Assembly: GCA_964016885.1 (NCBI GenBank) | Contig: OZ024743.1 | Span: forward strand, 124,558,001 to 124,622,000 | Reading direction: 5' to 3' | Origin: Eledone cirrhosa | Lineage: Eukaryota | Length of the DNA stretch: 64,000 nt | Part shown: positions 12,563 to 24,930 of the stretch, one piece after another | Position numbering within the stretch: the stretch's first letter is position 1 | Layout of the letters: every line of letters starts with the position of its first letter | The notes under the pieces: generated by a model | Told to the model about the DNA's origin: nothing | Database searches by the model: none | Seen by the model: only the letters and a program-made list of their open reading frames with translations | Position numbers and translations under genes: made by a program

Positions 12563-12565
<3 letters not shown>
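10880..12565 (+). mobile_element. Non-coding, (TA)n-flanked block with internal tandem repeats and a 3' hammerhead (probable PLE-derived or retrozyme-like element)
   Basis: Diverged ~250-bp tandem units at 11382-11632 and 11633-11882; HHR at 12427-12473; AATAAA at about 12486. Confidence 0.45.
12427..12473 (+). ncRNA. Type I hammerhead ribozyme
   Basis: cttc-CTGAAGA-t-ttc/atct/gaa-t-GAAA-cag/tactagtc/ctg-TA-gaag: 4-bp stem I, stem III acag/ctgt, GUA triplet 12467-12469. Confidence 0.8.
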
Positions 12566-12597
<32 letters not shown>

Positions 12598-12600
<3 letters not shown>

Positions 12601-15600
12601 TCATCATCATCATCATCATCTTCGTTTAACGTCCATTTTCCACGCTACCATGGGTTAGACGGGAGTTGTCCCACTTGAGGCAAGGTTGGTCGGGTGACCA
12701 TGTCTCGCTCATATAGGACTATCTGGCAGGTTTTCTACGGCTGGATGCCCTTCCTAATATCAACCACATTTAACAGTGTGGAACTGGGAACTTTTTACCA
12801 TGTTACCTACATGGCCACATTACAGCATGGACTGTGTTTTTTCTCGTGACACCTACACGATCTCGATCTCGATCTCATTATCTCATTTATTTGGACTGGA
12901 TGTTGTGGTACCAACTTTATAGAAAGAGGGTGGTGTTGGTGGGAGTGGGAGGATAGGGTAGGGTAGTAGATTGGGGTGTATATTTGGTTAAGAGGTGCCT
13001 ACTGACTGTAGGTTTCGCTTTGTACATAGGCAAGGCAAGTCTTCTGTATTACTGCGTAGCGCCAAAGATCTCGGTCCAGTGACATTGTCTTAGAGAGGTG
13101 CAAGTGTGTAAGGTCGGAATTTATCAGATCGTCCCAGGTTTTTCTGGGTCTACTTACTCCGTAACTACCATCAATTTTGATCGCCCTGCACTTTTTTATA
13201 CAGCTGTCGTCTTTCATGCGCATCACGTGGCTATACCAACGTAGTCTTCTCTCGAGTAAACAGCATCTGATCCCTCTTATTCCTAATTTCTCACTTAGTT
13301 CATTTATGCTTTGCCGTTCACGTATATTACTATTACACATCCAACCGAGCATGCAAGCTTCGTTCCTTTCCAGTCTACGCAGGTCCTCTGCACGTAACGC
13401 CCATGTCTCACTGATATGTAGCATTGCTGTTCGTATACAAGCATCATACAATTTGCCTTTCATTTTTAGAGAGAAACCTTTTGTGGCCAACAGCGTTATA
13501 AGCTCTCTGAACTTTTCCATCCCGTCTGACTCTGGGTACTGTACTTTCAGAACACTCTCCACCACTGCTGATTTCGTCACCCAGGTAACAGAAAGTGTCT
13601 ACTATTTCTATAGAACCATCTGGGCAATAGAAAGGGCTAGTATCCTTTGGACACTTGCTACATATTGCACCTGAGCATCGGCAACATATAAAGTCTACGT
13701 TCTTAGATAGTTTACCTGTGATCCCACTACATCTTTTATGTATCTATACTTTGCATTTGGGGCGTAAAATTGAATTTCTGCCTACTCCTTTCCTACACAC
13801 TGAGCATGGCCATTTCCCTGAGGGTACCTGTGCCTTATTTTCTTTTATACAAACCAGGACTTTAGTCTTAGACAAGTTAACTTTAAGGCCTTTTGATTCT
13901 AGGCCATGCTACCCTGTTTGGAAGTTCTTTTCTAGTTCAGCCATTGATTCAGCTATGAGCGTTAGATCATCTGCGTATAGGAGTTCCCATGGGCAGCCGG
14001 TCTTGAACTCCTCTGTTATAGCCTGAAGAGCAATAATAGATAGTAGGGGGCTAAGAACAGAGCCCTGATGGACACCAACTTTTACGCTAAACTCTTCACT
14101 ATATTCGTTGTTAATTCTAATCTTGCTGACTGTTTCTTTATACATGGCTTGTATAGCTCTCACAAGCCATTCGTCAACACCTAGTTTTCTAAGAGCCCAC
14201 CAGATAATGGAGCGGGGGACTCTGTCAAAGGCTTTTTCCAGGTCTACAAAAGCTAAGTAGAGGGGTTTACTTTTAGCTAGGTACTTTTACCTGACACAAA
14301 CCCAAACTGCATTTCATCTAGATCAATTCGCTCTCTGACTAGTTGCGCTATAACTCTTTCTGTGACTTTCATGACCTGGTCAACTAACTTAATCCCTCTA
14401 TAGTTTCCTCTATCTAGAGCATCTCCTTTACCCTTGTAGAAGTTAATGATGATGTTGCTACGCCAGTCTTTTGGTATGACCCCATTCTGTATTACTTGGT
14501 TAACTATAAGGGTGACCATAGTATGTCCCACCATTCCAGATGCCTTCAACATCTCAGCAACTATCTCCGAAGGCCCATCTGCCTTGCCTGTCTTCATATC
14601 TTTGATTGCCTTACTTATTATATTACCTTTAACTTGCACCGCTGGTCCTTCTATTGGATCGATTTGGGGCAGACTATCCTTTTCCCACTTATTCTCCTCA
14701 TTTAATAGTCTCTCGTAGTGACACTTCCAGGCGATCTTCTTATCAGCATCAGTGAGGGCAAGTACACCGTTATCATTACGGACACACTTCTCCCGACAAT
14801 ATCACGGTTTTCCTTGACACATTGTCTAGTAATCCTGAACACCTCGCGTTTTTGGTCCTCACGTTGTAGAACATGCTTGAACTTTCTTTCCTCTGCTTCC
14901 ATTTTTGCAAGGTACACTTGTCTCCTAGCTTTTCTCCTGGCCACTTGATAGTGCTCTCTACTTCCCCCATCCTGCCATACTTTCCAAGCCTGCTTTTTGG
15001 CCTTGATTGTCTCTTCTACCTTACTGTTCCACCACCAAGTTACTCTCCTCCTGCCAATAGGTCTGCTCCAGCCACAGATTTCATCCGTTGCTTTCAGCAG
15101 GTTCACTTTCAAGAATTGCCACTGTTCCTCTATATCGCACGTCTCTAATTGCTCTTCCTTATTGTCAAAGGCATCAAGTAATAAGCTTTTAAATTTGTCA
15201 CTGGCTATGGGGTCCTTCAACTTCCATATTCTTCTCCTCAAGGTAGGCCTCCTCTGTCGTCGAGTACGTCTATTCCTGACTGTGAGGTCACTAACTACTC
15301 GGCTATGTTGGGAGGTGCATTCTTCACTGGGGAGGGATTTAGTGTTTACAACAGACACTTTGTCCCGTCTTCTAGTAAGGATATAATCTATCTGGCTGGC
15401 GTGTTCCCCTGATCTATAGGTGATCAAGTGGTTTTCACGTTTTTTGAAGTTTGAGTTACAGATAGTTAGGTTATTGGCGTCACAGAATTCCAGGATTATG
15501 AAGCCTTCCTCATTTGTATTTCCAACCCCATAGCCTCCATGGATTCCATCATAGCCATCACTATATTGTCCAACGTGGCCGTTTAGATCGCCAGCAATAA

Positions 15601-16200
15601 TTAGGTAGTCGCTGTCTATTATTTGGGAGGTAGTGTGCATTAGCATCTCATAGAACCTGTCCTTTATAACGTCAAGTAGACCAGATTGGGGTGCATAAGC
15701 GGATATTATTGTCACAGTAGTTTTCTTTAGAACTAGCCTTATTTTAATTATTCTGTCATTTAATCTATTTACGTCGATTACCTTATCTACCCATTTTTCA
15801 GCTAACATAATTTCTACTCCACCCAGTCCGTTGTCATTTCCCACACAGAAAAGTTTATAGCACCGTTTTTTACCCACGATGAATCTGGCATAGCTAGTCT
15901 CTTGAATACAACAACAAACATCAACTTCTTTACGTTCAAGCATCTCTACAACCTAATTTGAGCGACCTTTTAATGTGCCTACGTTCATGATACCAACTCT
16001 GAAGTTGGGAGGGTGGGATGGATGGGTTAGAAGAGGAGGGAGGGGTGTGGGAGACGGAATTATGTTGGCCATTCGTGTCTGAAATAGAGGTGAATTTATC
16101 TTTATCTGTGACATCATCATTGAATACTTAGACTTTCCAAATCTCCGCAGTCAACCCATCAAACAGGTCTAAACTTAAGGAGTAGTAAGCGGGGCGGCAG
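12598..16200 (-). mobile_element. RTE-clade LINE (APE + RT), frameshifted, with (TGA)n 3' tail
   Basis: APE ORF 14702-15943 (IQET, SAYAPQ, GDLNGH, SQIDYIL); RT 14277-14639 and 13909-14163 (HQGSVLSP, YADD); C-terminal region 12999-13580 (RRLRWYSHVMRM); (cat)n at 12598-12620. Confidence 0.93.
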
Positions 16201-16296
16201 CTTTGCTATACTGATTTATTAGGGAACTTACTAAAGCCGCTGAGTTATGATTGGACCATTAGCAATGGTGGTGTGTGGGGATGGGAGGGCGGGAAA

Positions 16297-16755
16297 TTTG
16301 ATTTAGGAAGGGTCCAACAGAATGAGACAAATCATTTAAAAACATGTAAATATTAATTGAAAATCCAAGAGAAACAAACGGGGAATTTGAATTGTAGACT
16401 AGCATAGCTCAGAGTTTAAAAACACTGCTCATTGGGAAGACTACGGAATATGGAAGACAATGCTTACATTCTCAAAATCAACAGGTCGTCCGTAAGATAA
16501 TTTAGATAGATAAATTCTGTCCTTGGGAACCAGCAAGATGTATTTTATACCTGCGATCAGGCGGGGGGGGGGGGTATGAGAGAAAGAGCAAAGTGATTAC
16601 AAAGTTAGGGAGCGAGATGCAGGAAGGTTCTAGAATAATTAATTAATAATAATACTAGAAGGATTAGATTTAGGAGAAGGATTTGATTTAGGAAGGGTCC
16701 AACAGAATGAGACAAATCATTTAAAAACAAATAAATATTAATTGAAAATCCGAGA
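16297..16755. repeat. ~75-bp direct repeat (16297-16372 and 16681-16756)
   Basis: atttgatttaggaagggtccaacagaatgagacaaatcatttaaaaaca...taaatattaattgaaaatcc is present twice. Confidence 0.85.
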
Positions 16756-16769
16756 GTATATATATACAC

Positions 16770-16826
<57 letters not shown>

Positions 16827-16920
16827 TTCGATAGATAGTATATACTTGTAGATCCGTATCGTGAGTAATGACGGTAATATCGTTGAATACATTTAATTCT
16901 TGGTGTCGAAGATTGGTATG

Positions 16921-16957
<37 letters not shown>

Positions 16958-17294
16958 ATCATTACCGAATACATGAGAAATCATACAAACTGGGAAATTT
17001 GTGTCTTCATAAATTAACGGTTTTCGTAAAAAAAAAACTAAATAGTTTTTGGACGTCATTAAAGATAAGAAAGATAATACAATAATATATTTCTAGGATA
17101 TAGTTACATAAATGTTCAGCATGTATGTACAAATGACATACAAGGTTAAATGTATGAGTGACTTTAGAGAATTGAAGTGTATGGTTAGAACCAAGGACCT
17201 TGTGTTAGAAAGCGAGTTTCTTATTGTAGCCATATGGTTCAAATAGGAAATGAATTGTATGTGTGTGTTTGTATAAATTCTAAACAGTTACAAG

Positions 17295-17366
<72 letters not shown>

Positions 17367-17380
17367 AGTGTGTGTGTGTT

Positions 17381-17431
<51 letters not shown>

Positions 17432-17435
<4 letters not shown>

Positions 17436-17583
17436 AAAAAGAGATGAAATCGAAAATGCAACTGGAGTCTTATTTTTAAAAAAAAAAATATATATATTTA
17501 TTTGGTTCCTTTACCGGTTTCGCAGTTCTTCTGCTTTTCAAAAGGTGAGTTGAGATGGAGGGTCTGTGGTTTTTCTCACACAC
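17432..17583 (-). mobile_element. Solo PLE pseudo-LTR fragment between (TA)n tracts
   Basis: Reverse complement of about 4355-4490; contains a hammerhead motif. Confidence 0.85.
17508..17545 (-). ncRNA. Type I hammerhead with U3:A8 variant core
   Basis: Minus strand reads cctt-TTGAAAA-gcag/aagaa/ctgc-GAAA-c-cg-GTA-aagg. Confidence 0.75.
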
Positions 17584-17589
17584 ATATAT

Positions 17590-18228
17590 ATATATATATA
17601 TAAAATTCTTTGTCACTCTGTCTGTTTCTTTATGCATTCTCAAACGGCTCGACCAAATCAAATCAAAATTTACAAGGTAATAGTATTAGACCCCGGGATT
17701 AACAACATGTAATTTTCTTTTCATTTTCTTTTCATTTTATTGAAAATATTCTACTTTAGTCAACTACTAGCAGAATGGCTCGGCGTTGCTCGGGATTTGC
17801 TCTAGGGTTCTTATATATTTGATATATATTTATCCTTATCGAGCTTCGTGTGTGTTTTTATGAATGTATGTCTCTGTGTGTGTTTTTATGAGTGTATGTT
17901 TGTGTGAGTGTATGTGTGTCTGCTCGTGGGTGAAACTCTGTGTGTGCTACATGTTTCTCCTACTGTCAACTCTATGTTGGTTGCTCACGAGTTGGAAGCA
18001 GCAACAATTCATTCATTTGGACACCGACAAAAGATTACACAATGAATATTGTTTACCCTGAGGTGCTTCAAGATTGACAGATTTTCATTTATAAATTCTA
18101 TTATCATTACAATTTTGATATCTTTTTTATAAAATATAGATATTTTGAAATAATTATGAGCAAAATTGATTGTTTACTAATCTGAATAAGAACAGTAGTA
18201 CCCGGGAAACGCCGGGTCATTCAGCTAG
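17590..18228 (+). mobile_element. Non-autonomous Helitron; a second, opposite-strand Helitron 3' end lies at 17767-17795
   Basis: 3' hairpin cccgg-gaaacg-ccggg followed by CTAG|T at 18225-18229. ctagcagaatggctcggcgttgctcggg at 17767 matches the Helitron ends at 29301 and 29991. The 5' boundary is inferred. Confidence 0.6.
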
Positions 18229-18253
<25 letters not shown>

Positions 18254-18259
<6 letters not shown>

Positions 18260-18401
18260 TACCCTCGGCCCCGATATTCGCGGAATCGTAAATATCTTCT
18301 GCGATTCTTTTTATGGCTTTTTTCGTGGCAATATATTCGCAGTTTTTCACTCTTCGCGGGGAGGGGGGGGGGGTTACGTTCCTCGAGCACCCGAGCGACA
18401 A

Positions 18402-18404
<3 letters not shown>
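18254..18404. mobile_element. Probable Tc1/mariner-pogo type MITE remnant
   Basis: TA-flanked; imperfect TIRs caatgtaccctcg / cgagcgacaactg. Confidence 0.4.
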
Positions 18405-18463
<59 letters not shown>

Positions 18464-18559
18464 TAGCGCCAGTCTGTATTGTGCTCAAATCTATTCATAA
18501 GGCACCTATTGTCATCTGTCATAATGTCCATTTTCCTTAGAAAAAGGCTGTTAAAAGGT

Positions 18560-19330
18560 ATTTAAATATTGCTTGACATGATTTTAAAAAGTTATTTACA
18601 TATCTAGATACAGAGAGTAATAAAGAAAATAATTAAAAACTGAATTCTACAAGAACTATACAACATTTACAGAACTTCAGTATATACAATGTTCTTAACT
18701 TTTTTCTTTGGAGCATTGTGGGGAGTTTGTGGGGTCTTCCTAGTCAGGAAGAACCTACATACAATTGACAATGTGAGAAACAGCCCTCTTCTAGATGGAA
18801 ACCGACAACCTTGGGACTTGTTAATGGTCATTGTGGAACTGACTGTCACTGGGAATTGTAATCATTTGAAACGAAAGAGGACATCAGTTGGTATTAGCAG
18901 TATTCTAGGTATAAATACAATGTCTTCCTTACCACATCCAGTGAGGATTTTGGTTTCGATAATGTGAGGCTGTAGCTCAGTCACAACTATACGCGTCCCA
19001 TCGCACAATCGTGGCTGATCCAGGTTTCTGAGAAGCATGGTGACTGTGCCCTTCTTCAATTCAAGGTTGTGTGGCAGCATACCGGACAGTTCCAGATTGT
19101 TGAGAAATTCAATGGAACAGTGAGCAGCATCGTCCTAGTCGACAAATTTGTCGATAGATGAGATTTTGTTAATGGCATTCATTGTGATGTTATTTTTTTT
19201 TTGCGGGGGGGGGGGGGGGGGCAAGGATTACACTTTCACTCAGCCACGCCACATTGGAACGGTGTATTTCAAAATTGGAGAACATTTAATTAATTAATCT
19301 TAAACGCTTTCCACAACAATACAAAATGAC
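18560..19330 (-). pseudogene. Helitron PIF1-like helicase C-terminal fragment
   Basis: LPHNLELKKG..MLLRNLDQPRLCDGTR..VFIPRI (18862-19080); MTINKSQG and the terminal KNIVYTEVL (18667-18849). Confidence 0.9.
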
Positions 19331-19879
19331 GAAGGGTGAGATGTTGAAGCAATACTCCATTATAGGTCTTACTAACGCTGTGTGTGTATGGCCAGTAGCT
19401 GAAGTATTTTCTGGCTCTATACTTTGAAAAGTATTTATAGGTCAAAGTTATGAACTCGATAATATGTGTTTACATCAAGTTTTTCTTTTCTTATCAAACT
19501 ATTGTTAATGTTTCTTTTGTTTATTTATTTATTTATTTTTATGAAACATTTGTACTCACTGAACATACAACTTCCGATAGCTTAAGTCAAAAATAAGATG
19601 ACTAATACATATTCCTGATATAATAATCATATCAGTTGGTAGATAAACAGATGAAGAAGCCTCAACTAAGTCGCTCAACCTGCTATAAATAGCCACTAAA
19701 TTTTCTTTCAATCACACACGGCCATTTTAATAATTGTAAGGACGCATTGGATAACGTAGTCCTAGATATACTCTATATAATAACTATAACAATAAGCCTG
19801 CTCGATCAAGTTGATCTGAGGCCACACAACATTAAAAACAGCAGGTATATTTAACATAACATTTCAAAAGTGATTAATG

Positions 19880-20640
19880 ATTTCTAACATAAGCCACAAG
19901 GCCTCAAATTCTGGGGAATGTATCGACGATTACATCAACCATAGTATTTGAGTGGTACTTATTTTATTGAACCTGGAAGGATGAAAGGCAAAGTTTACGT
20001 CGGCAGCATATGTCACAAAGACAATAGTGGTGTATACAATGAGATATTGTTTTAATCGGGAATCGAAACCTATTCACAAAATCCACCTACAGAAAACTTG
20101 CTTCATACTCTCAGTGTTTCTAAACAAATAACATAAGATATGGGCAGGATGCTTGCAACAAAGTGAACTTCGCTAAAGATACCCAAGGATCAAGTGTTGG
20201 TGTTAAACAGAGAAACAGATTAAGTCTACCATGCAAGAACGAAGAGAGCCGGAAGAAATACTGGAAAACATCCTGTCGAACGTTTTGACAATCCCGTCAA
20301 TGAATGCTTGGACTGCTACCGTATATTCCTGGCGCCGAAGAAGCTTTATCCTCGAGGATGCACCCTAATTTTGACAACCAAAAATAAAAAAAATAAAAAA
20401 AAATAGTAATGAAAATTGCAGCCTTCAGCCTCCAGGACGCATGGTAGATTTTTGAGACTTATTTTAGGGGAAAAGTAGCGTCTTCGAGGCTGGGAAATAC
20501 AGTACTTTATTTTATTGAACCAGAAAGGATGAAAGATGATGTTGACATCGTCAGTATTTGAACTCAGAGTACAGAATATCCGAACAAAGATAGTTCATCC
20601 TACGCTCTAACGACTCCATGAATTCGCCGCCTCATATATT
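19880..20640 (-). mobile_element. Degenerate SINE copies (about 19880-20010 and 20500-20640)
   Basis: gtactt..ttttattgaacc..aaggatgaaag motif is the reverse complement of the SINE core. Confidence 0.65.
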
Positions 20641-20649
20641 ATTAGAAAG

Positions 20650-21290
20650 TGATAGTAACATGATAGAGTGCAAAACACTTTATGGTATTTAGTTTCGTTT
20701 CTTTATATTCTGAGCTCAAATCTCATTGAAGTTGGCTTTGCATTTCATTATTTAGGGTTGACAAGATCCTTACGGGTTCGATAAAATAAAGTACCAGTAA
20801 TGCACTGGAAATTGCTGGCCTTGTGCCTAAAGTAGAAACAATTATTTAGGGTTGACAAGATTGGGAGTATCGGTAGCGAGTCGGACACTATGCTTTGCAG
20901 CATAGAGTTACGGTCCTTTATGGTCTGAGTTCATCCTTACGGGGTCGATAAAATAAAGCAACAGTAACGTACTGGGGTCGATTTAATAGACTCCCCCCCC
21001 CCCACTTACTGGCCTTGTGTCTATACTAGAAATCATTATTTGGGGTTAACAAGGGCGGTGGATTGGCAGTATTGATAGAGAGTCAGACACCATACTTTGC
21101 AGTATAGAGTTACGGTCCTTTACGGTCTTAGTTCAAATCCCGCCGAGGTTAACTTTGCCTTTCATCCTTACGGGGTCGATAAAATAAAGCACCAGTAACG
21201 TACTGGGGTCGATTTAATTGACTTTCCACTGCCCCCAAATTACTGGGCTCGTGCCTATACTAGAAACCATTATTTGGGGTTGATAGAAAA
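20650..21290 (+). mobile_element. Nested SINE cluster: three copies inserted at one site of an older copy
   Basis: SINE bodies at 20768-20840, 20862-21034 and 21054-21268 are separated by repeated attatttrgggttraya sequence. Confidence 0.8.
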
Positions 21291-21646
21291 AGAAAGTATC
21301 TCACTTATCTCCGACACTTCGAAACTATTTATAATTTTCATATTTTTGGGGCCGACAATCTATTAAAATTTGTGATAATGCAAAGTTGTTTTCTAACAGG
21401 AGGCTCTTTATAAAATTTCCATCCGAACATTTTTGGCCTAATTGTAGGTCTTGACCCATTTGATCCACACTACACACTTTTCTCGCCCTACAATTTTAAA
21501 CTTTATCTGCCTCAATTAAGGATTTGAATTTGTAAGAACAATTAAATTAAAATTTAAAAAAATATAGGACAAATAATTTTTTATTAACGTCTTTTTAATG
21601 CATAAGACATTTGTCTACATTAGTAGGTGATCAAAAAGTATTAAAA

Positions 21647-22333
21647 TCTACATATATAAAAGAAATATGTTTATTGGTTGGTTGGCTGAATCACACGAAA
21701 ACTACACACACACACACAAATATAAACACACACATCTAAAGAGAGAGAGATACATACACAAAGGGAGAGACAGAAAGAGAGAGATAGACCGATATACAGA
21801 GAGAGATACAACTAAAGTGTTAGATATTCAGAGAGAGTAACGTCCCACGAAAGTCTAGAAACGGCTTAAACTACAGATCCTTTGATCTATAGGAAGGTTT
21901 AACAATATTGCGTTAGGTTTTATAAAGTCGTTTTAGTCTTTGATTTTACAGAACAAAGAAAAATTGATACTATTATAAATTAATCTACCCTCCAGCTTTT
22001 ATCCATATACTACTTACAGATCGTACTAACGAAGCAACACTTCAGAAGCAATGTTATGCGGTATATTGCTGTGTTTCAGATGAGGTCCTTTGGAGCTGAA
22101 AGAGATCGTACTGACTATGGTTATTTCACAACATTTAAAATCCAAGGCCAATGCTACCATTTAATTGGCAGTTTATTCTCTCAGCCTAATAAGGAAGTTT
22201 TATTATTGTTTTTTTTTATGGCTCTTTCACACACATTCACACACACACATTACGTTCTCACCTCATACCAGACAACACATCCAATACAGTCATTTTCTCT
22301 GTTCTCCCGGACGAAGCCGGGTTCCCCAGCTAG
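21647..22333 (+). mobile_element. Complete non-autonomous Helitron carrying a Rep/Hel N-terminal coding remnant
   Basis: A|TCTACATATATAAAA 5' end; 3' hairpin cccgg-acgaag-ccggg then CTAG|T; remnant VFQMRSFGA..FKIQGQCYHLIGSL (22056-22180). Confidence 0.85.
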
Positions 22334-23089
22334 TTACGTATGCTAACAATACCACGTTCTCTATACGTTTGGTCAATGCAATAAATGAATATTAATATAT
22401 TTTAATTCAGTATCGAAAATAATTGATAATGTGAGGCTTTGGTAGCATTCAGTTTTTCTGGGATATCTGTTTTGGGTCATTTGAGATGTTTTGGAAATTA
22501 CTATTGTCGTTCAACTTGTGTAGAACACTGATGAGTCTGTTTAACGACATTAATCAAGAGTTTTACATGCGCCTATGTCTTCTATGTGACAAATCTTTAT
22601 TACTTGTTTTTACTTGAGAAACTGGTCGTGCCACCAAATCTCTTACAATTAGTCGTTGCTAGTGTTTGTCATCCAGTTCTAAACATTTGCTTAGGTTTTG
22701 TTCTTATTTTAAGTTATCCGTCATCCAAATTGTTCTTGTAAATGATTTAACTTTTGATATTTTGTTGGGTCATTGAAGGGGGCTCTGCGTAAACTCCCCG
22801 CCTTCCAGCAACCAAATTTTCCTCAAAATATGCCCTACATCTTAAAATGAACACAGTATGTAATGTAGTATAGAGTACACTATTCATAAAACAACAAAAC
22901 AATGACTAGCACTGGCCTGATTACTTTTGATTCGATTTGGTATTAAACATTACCCAGCACAGTATTGGCGTTAATAAGTTAATGAGGATGCTGTTATTAT
23001 TGTAGGTATGTGCTTTCTTGTTTATTTGGAGTGAATAGGGGATACACTATTGCTATGTTGATGTTAGACCTCCGTCGTTTCCGACGATG

Positions 23090-23385
23090 AATGCTCCAGT
23101 TGATCAACAGAAATGCCTGCTCGTTAATTTAACGTGTAAGTGGTTGAGCATTCCATAGGCACGTGCACCTCCCAAAATAGTTCACAGGGAGATTCTGCAG
23201 GACATAATGAATGACAAGGCTGGCTCCTTAAATTACAGGTACAATTTATTTTGCCAGATAAATGGACAGAGCGTAAAATAAAGAGTATTGCTCAAGGAGA
23301 CAACGTGCCACCCGGTCTTGTAATTGAACTCATGACCTTACGATCGTAAGCCAAATACCCTAACCAGTAAGCCATGCACCTTCAT
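23090..23385 (-). mobile_element. tRNA-derived SINE, degenerate
   Basis: Minus-strand head ggtgcatggcttactggttagg...gagttcaattac, similar to 49262-49380. Confidence 0.6.
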
Positions 23386-23579
23386 GAGTTATTGCTATAG
23401 TAGTGTGCTGGAATGTCCTAGTTGTGTCTGTATATCTGGAAGGTGATTGTGTGTGTAGTTAAAGGGATTGTAAGGGCTAGTGATTTCATTTTCATGTCTT
23501 TCCTTTGTTGTATTTTATTCCATTGTCTAGGTGGATTACGATTGTGGTATGTGTGCAACCTATAGAGATACAACGTGGT

Positions 23580-23634
<55 letters not shown>

Positions 23635-24611
23635 GTTGTTTGTTTCTTTTGAAGGGACTGAACAGCAAAGCAAGGCTACCATAATCAGTTTTTCTTTTTG
23701 CATGCCACTATTGTTAATTTCTTTACTGTTAACTGAATCTGGTATCTGTGAGTAATTTAAGGGTATTTATGCATATTATCGCTTTTATTAAAACCATGTT
23801 ATTGTATATGTGCTACGTATGTTGTAGATGTGGTGTATGTAACTCCTAGTATTTTGTGATATGTTTATGTTGTTGACTGTTGGTTTGTTGTATGTGGTGT
23901 TTTCTGGTGTTGTATGTAAGAAGGGAAGAAGTTGATTTACTAGTTGAAATTTAACTATGTTGTTTGTGAGCAAGGTTTCTAGGTGATTGATGTAAATAGG
24001 CTTGAACTACTGGTTGTATTGCTGTGCTATAAGAATGGTCTGATAATGCAGATTAAGCTGTGTGTATAATGTGACACGGTTTGGGATGATTGTATAGGTA
24101 CAGATTAAAATGTATGTGGATGAGAAGATGGGTATTGTAGTACACCATTCGGCAAGTTGCAATTGTTGGATACGTAGGGTTTGTATATACAAGGATGGTA
24201 ATTCATTTGCAAGCCCTTGGCGTTGTTTAGACAATTTGTGTATAGGCGAGTTGTAGTGAATGAAATCGAATCTTTGCTGAAGTTTCTCGAACTGCTAGAA
24301 ATAGGAGACATATCTTTCACAAATCACATCCAATCGTCTTTAAAATGGACAAGTTATTCTGAATAATGTAATCCTGGATATACCTTCTTTATATGAAAAG
24401 AAGGAAAACGACATCATGATTGTCACGGCTGGAGGCTTTAATCACAGATCTACTAGATGGCGAGATACAGAGCTGAGGAATTAAACAATGTCAACAGCAA
24501 CAACAGCCACAACCCCTTCTTCCAGCCTTCTAGTAATCTCACTCGATAGTTAATATACGCCTTGGCTATAGCATACACTTCCAGTATCTGTTGTGAAACA
24601 TTACTTTCTAT

Positions 24612-24794
24612 CTGGATTGGCAGTATCGGTAGAGGGTCGGACGCCATGCTTTGACGCATAGAGTTACGGCCCTTGCCATTCTGAGTTAAAATCCCGCCGA
24701 GGTTAACTTTGCCTTTCATCCTTACGGGGTCGATAAAATAAAGTACCAGTAATGTACTGGGTAATTGCTGGCCTTGTGCCAAAAAGTAGAAACA
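24612..24794 (+). mobile_element. SINE with 12-bp TSD
   Basis: TSD attactttctat at 24600-24611 and 24795-24806; high similarity to 3152-3339. Confidence 0.9.
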
Positions 24795-24890
24795 ATTACT
24801 TTCTATTGTTCTTTGCATTGTGTCATGGAAAATTGTACTTGGTATGGTAAATGTAAGACAGGATACACGCAAGTTGGATTATTTCATTAC

Positions 24891-24930
24891 CTGCTATTTT
24901 TAGCAGGCAAAGTGACCAGGTAGAGGTCAT
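24891..24930 (-). CDS. Possible first coding exon of a host gene (MTSTWSLCLLKIA, phase-1 donor)
   Basis: ccgacgATG at 24930, 40 nt to CAG|GTAATG, in apparently non-repeat sequence; no downstream exon identified. Confidence 0.25.

Noticed and set aside
20747-21286. CRISPR-like repeat-spacer pattern
   Set aside because: The spacers are SINE copies of 70-215 bp in a eukaryotic context with no cas genes.
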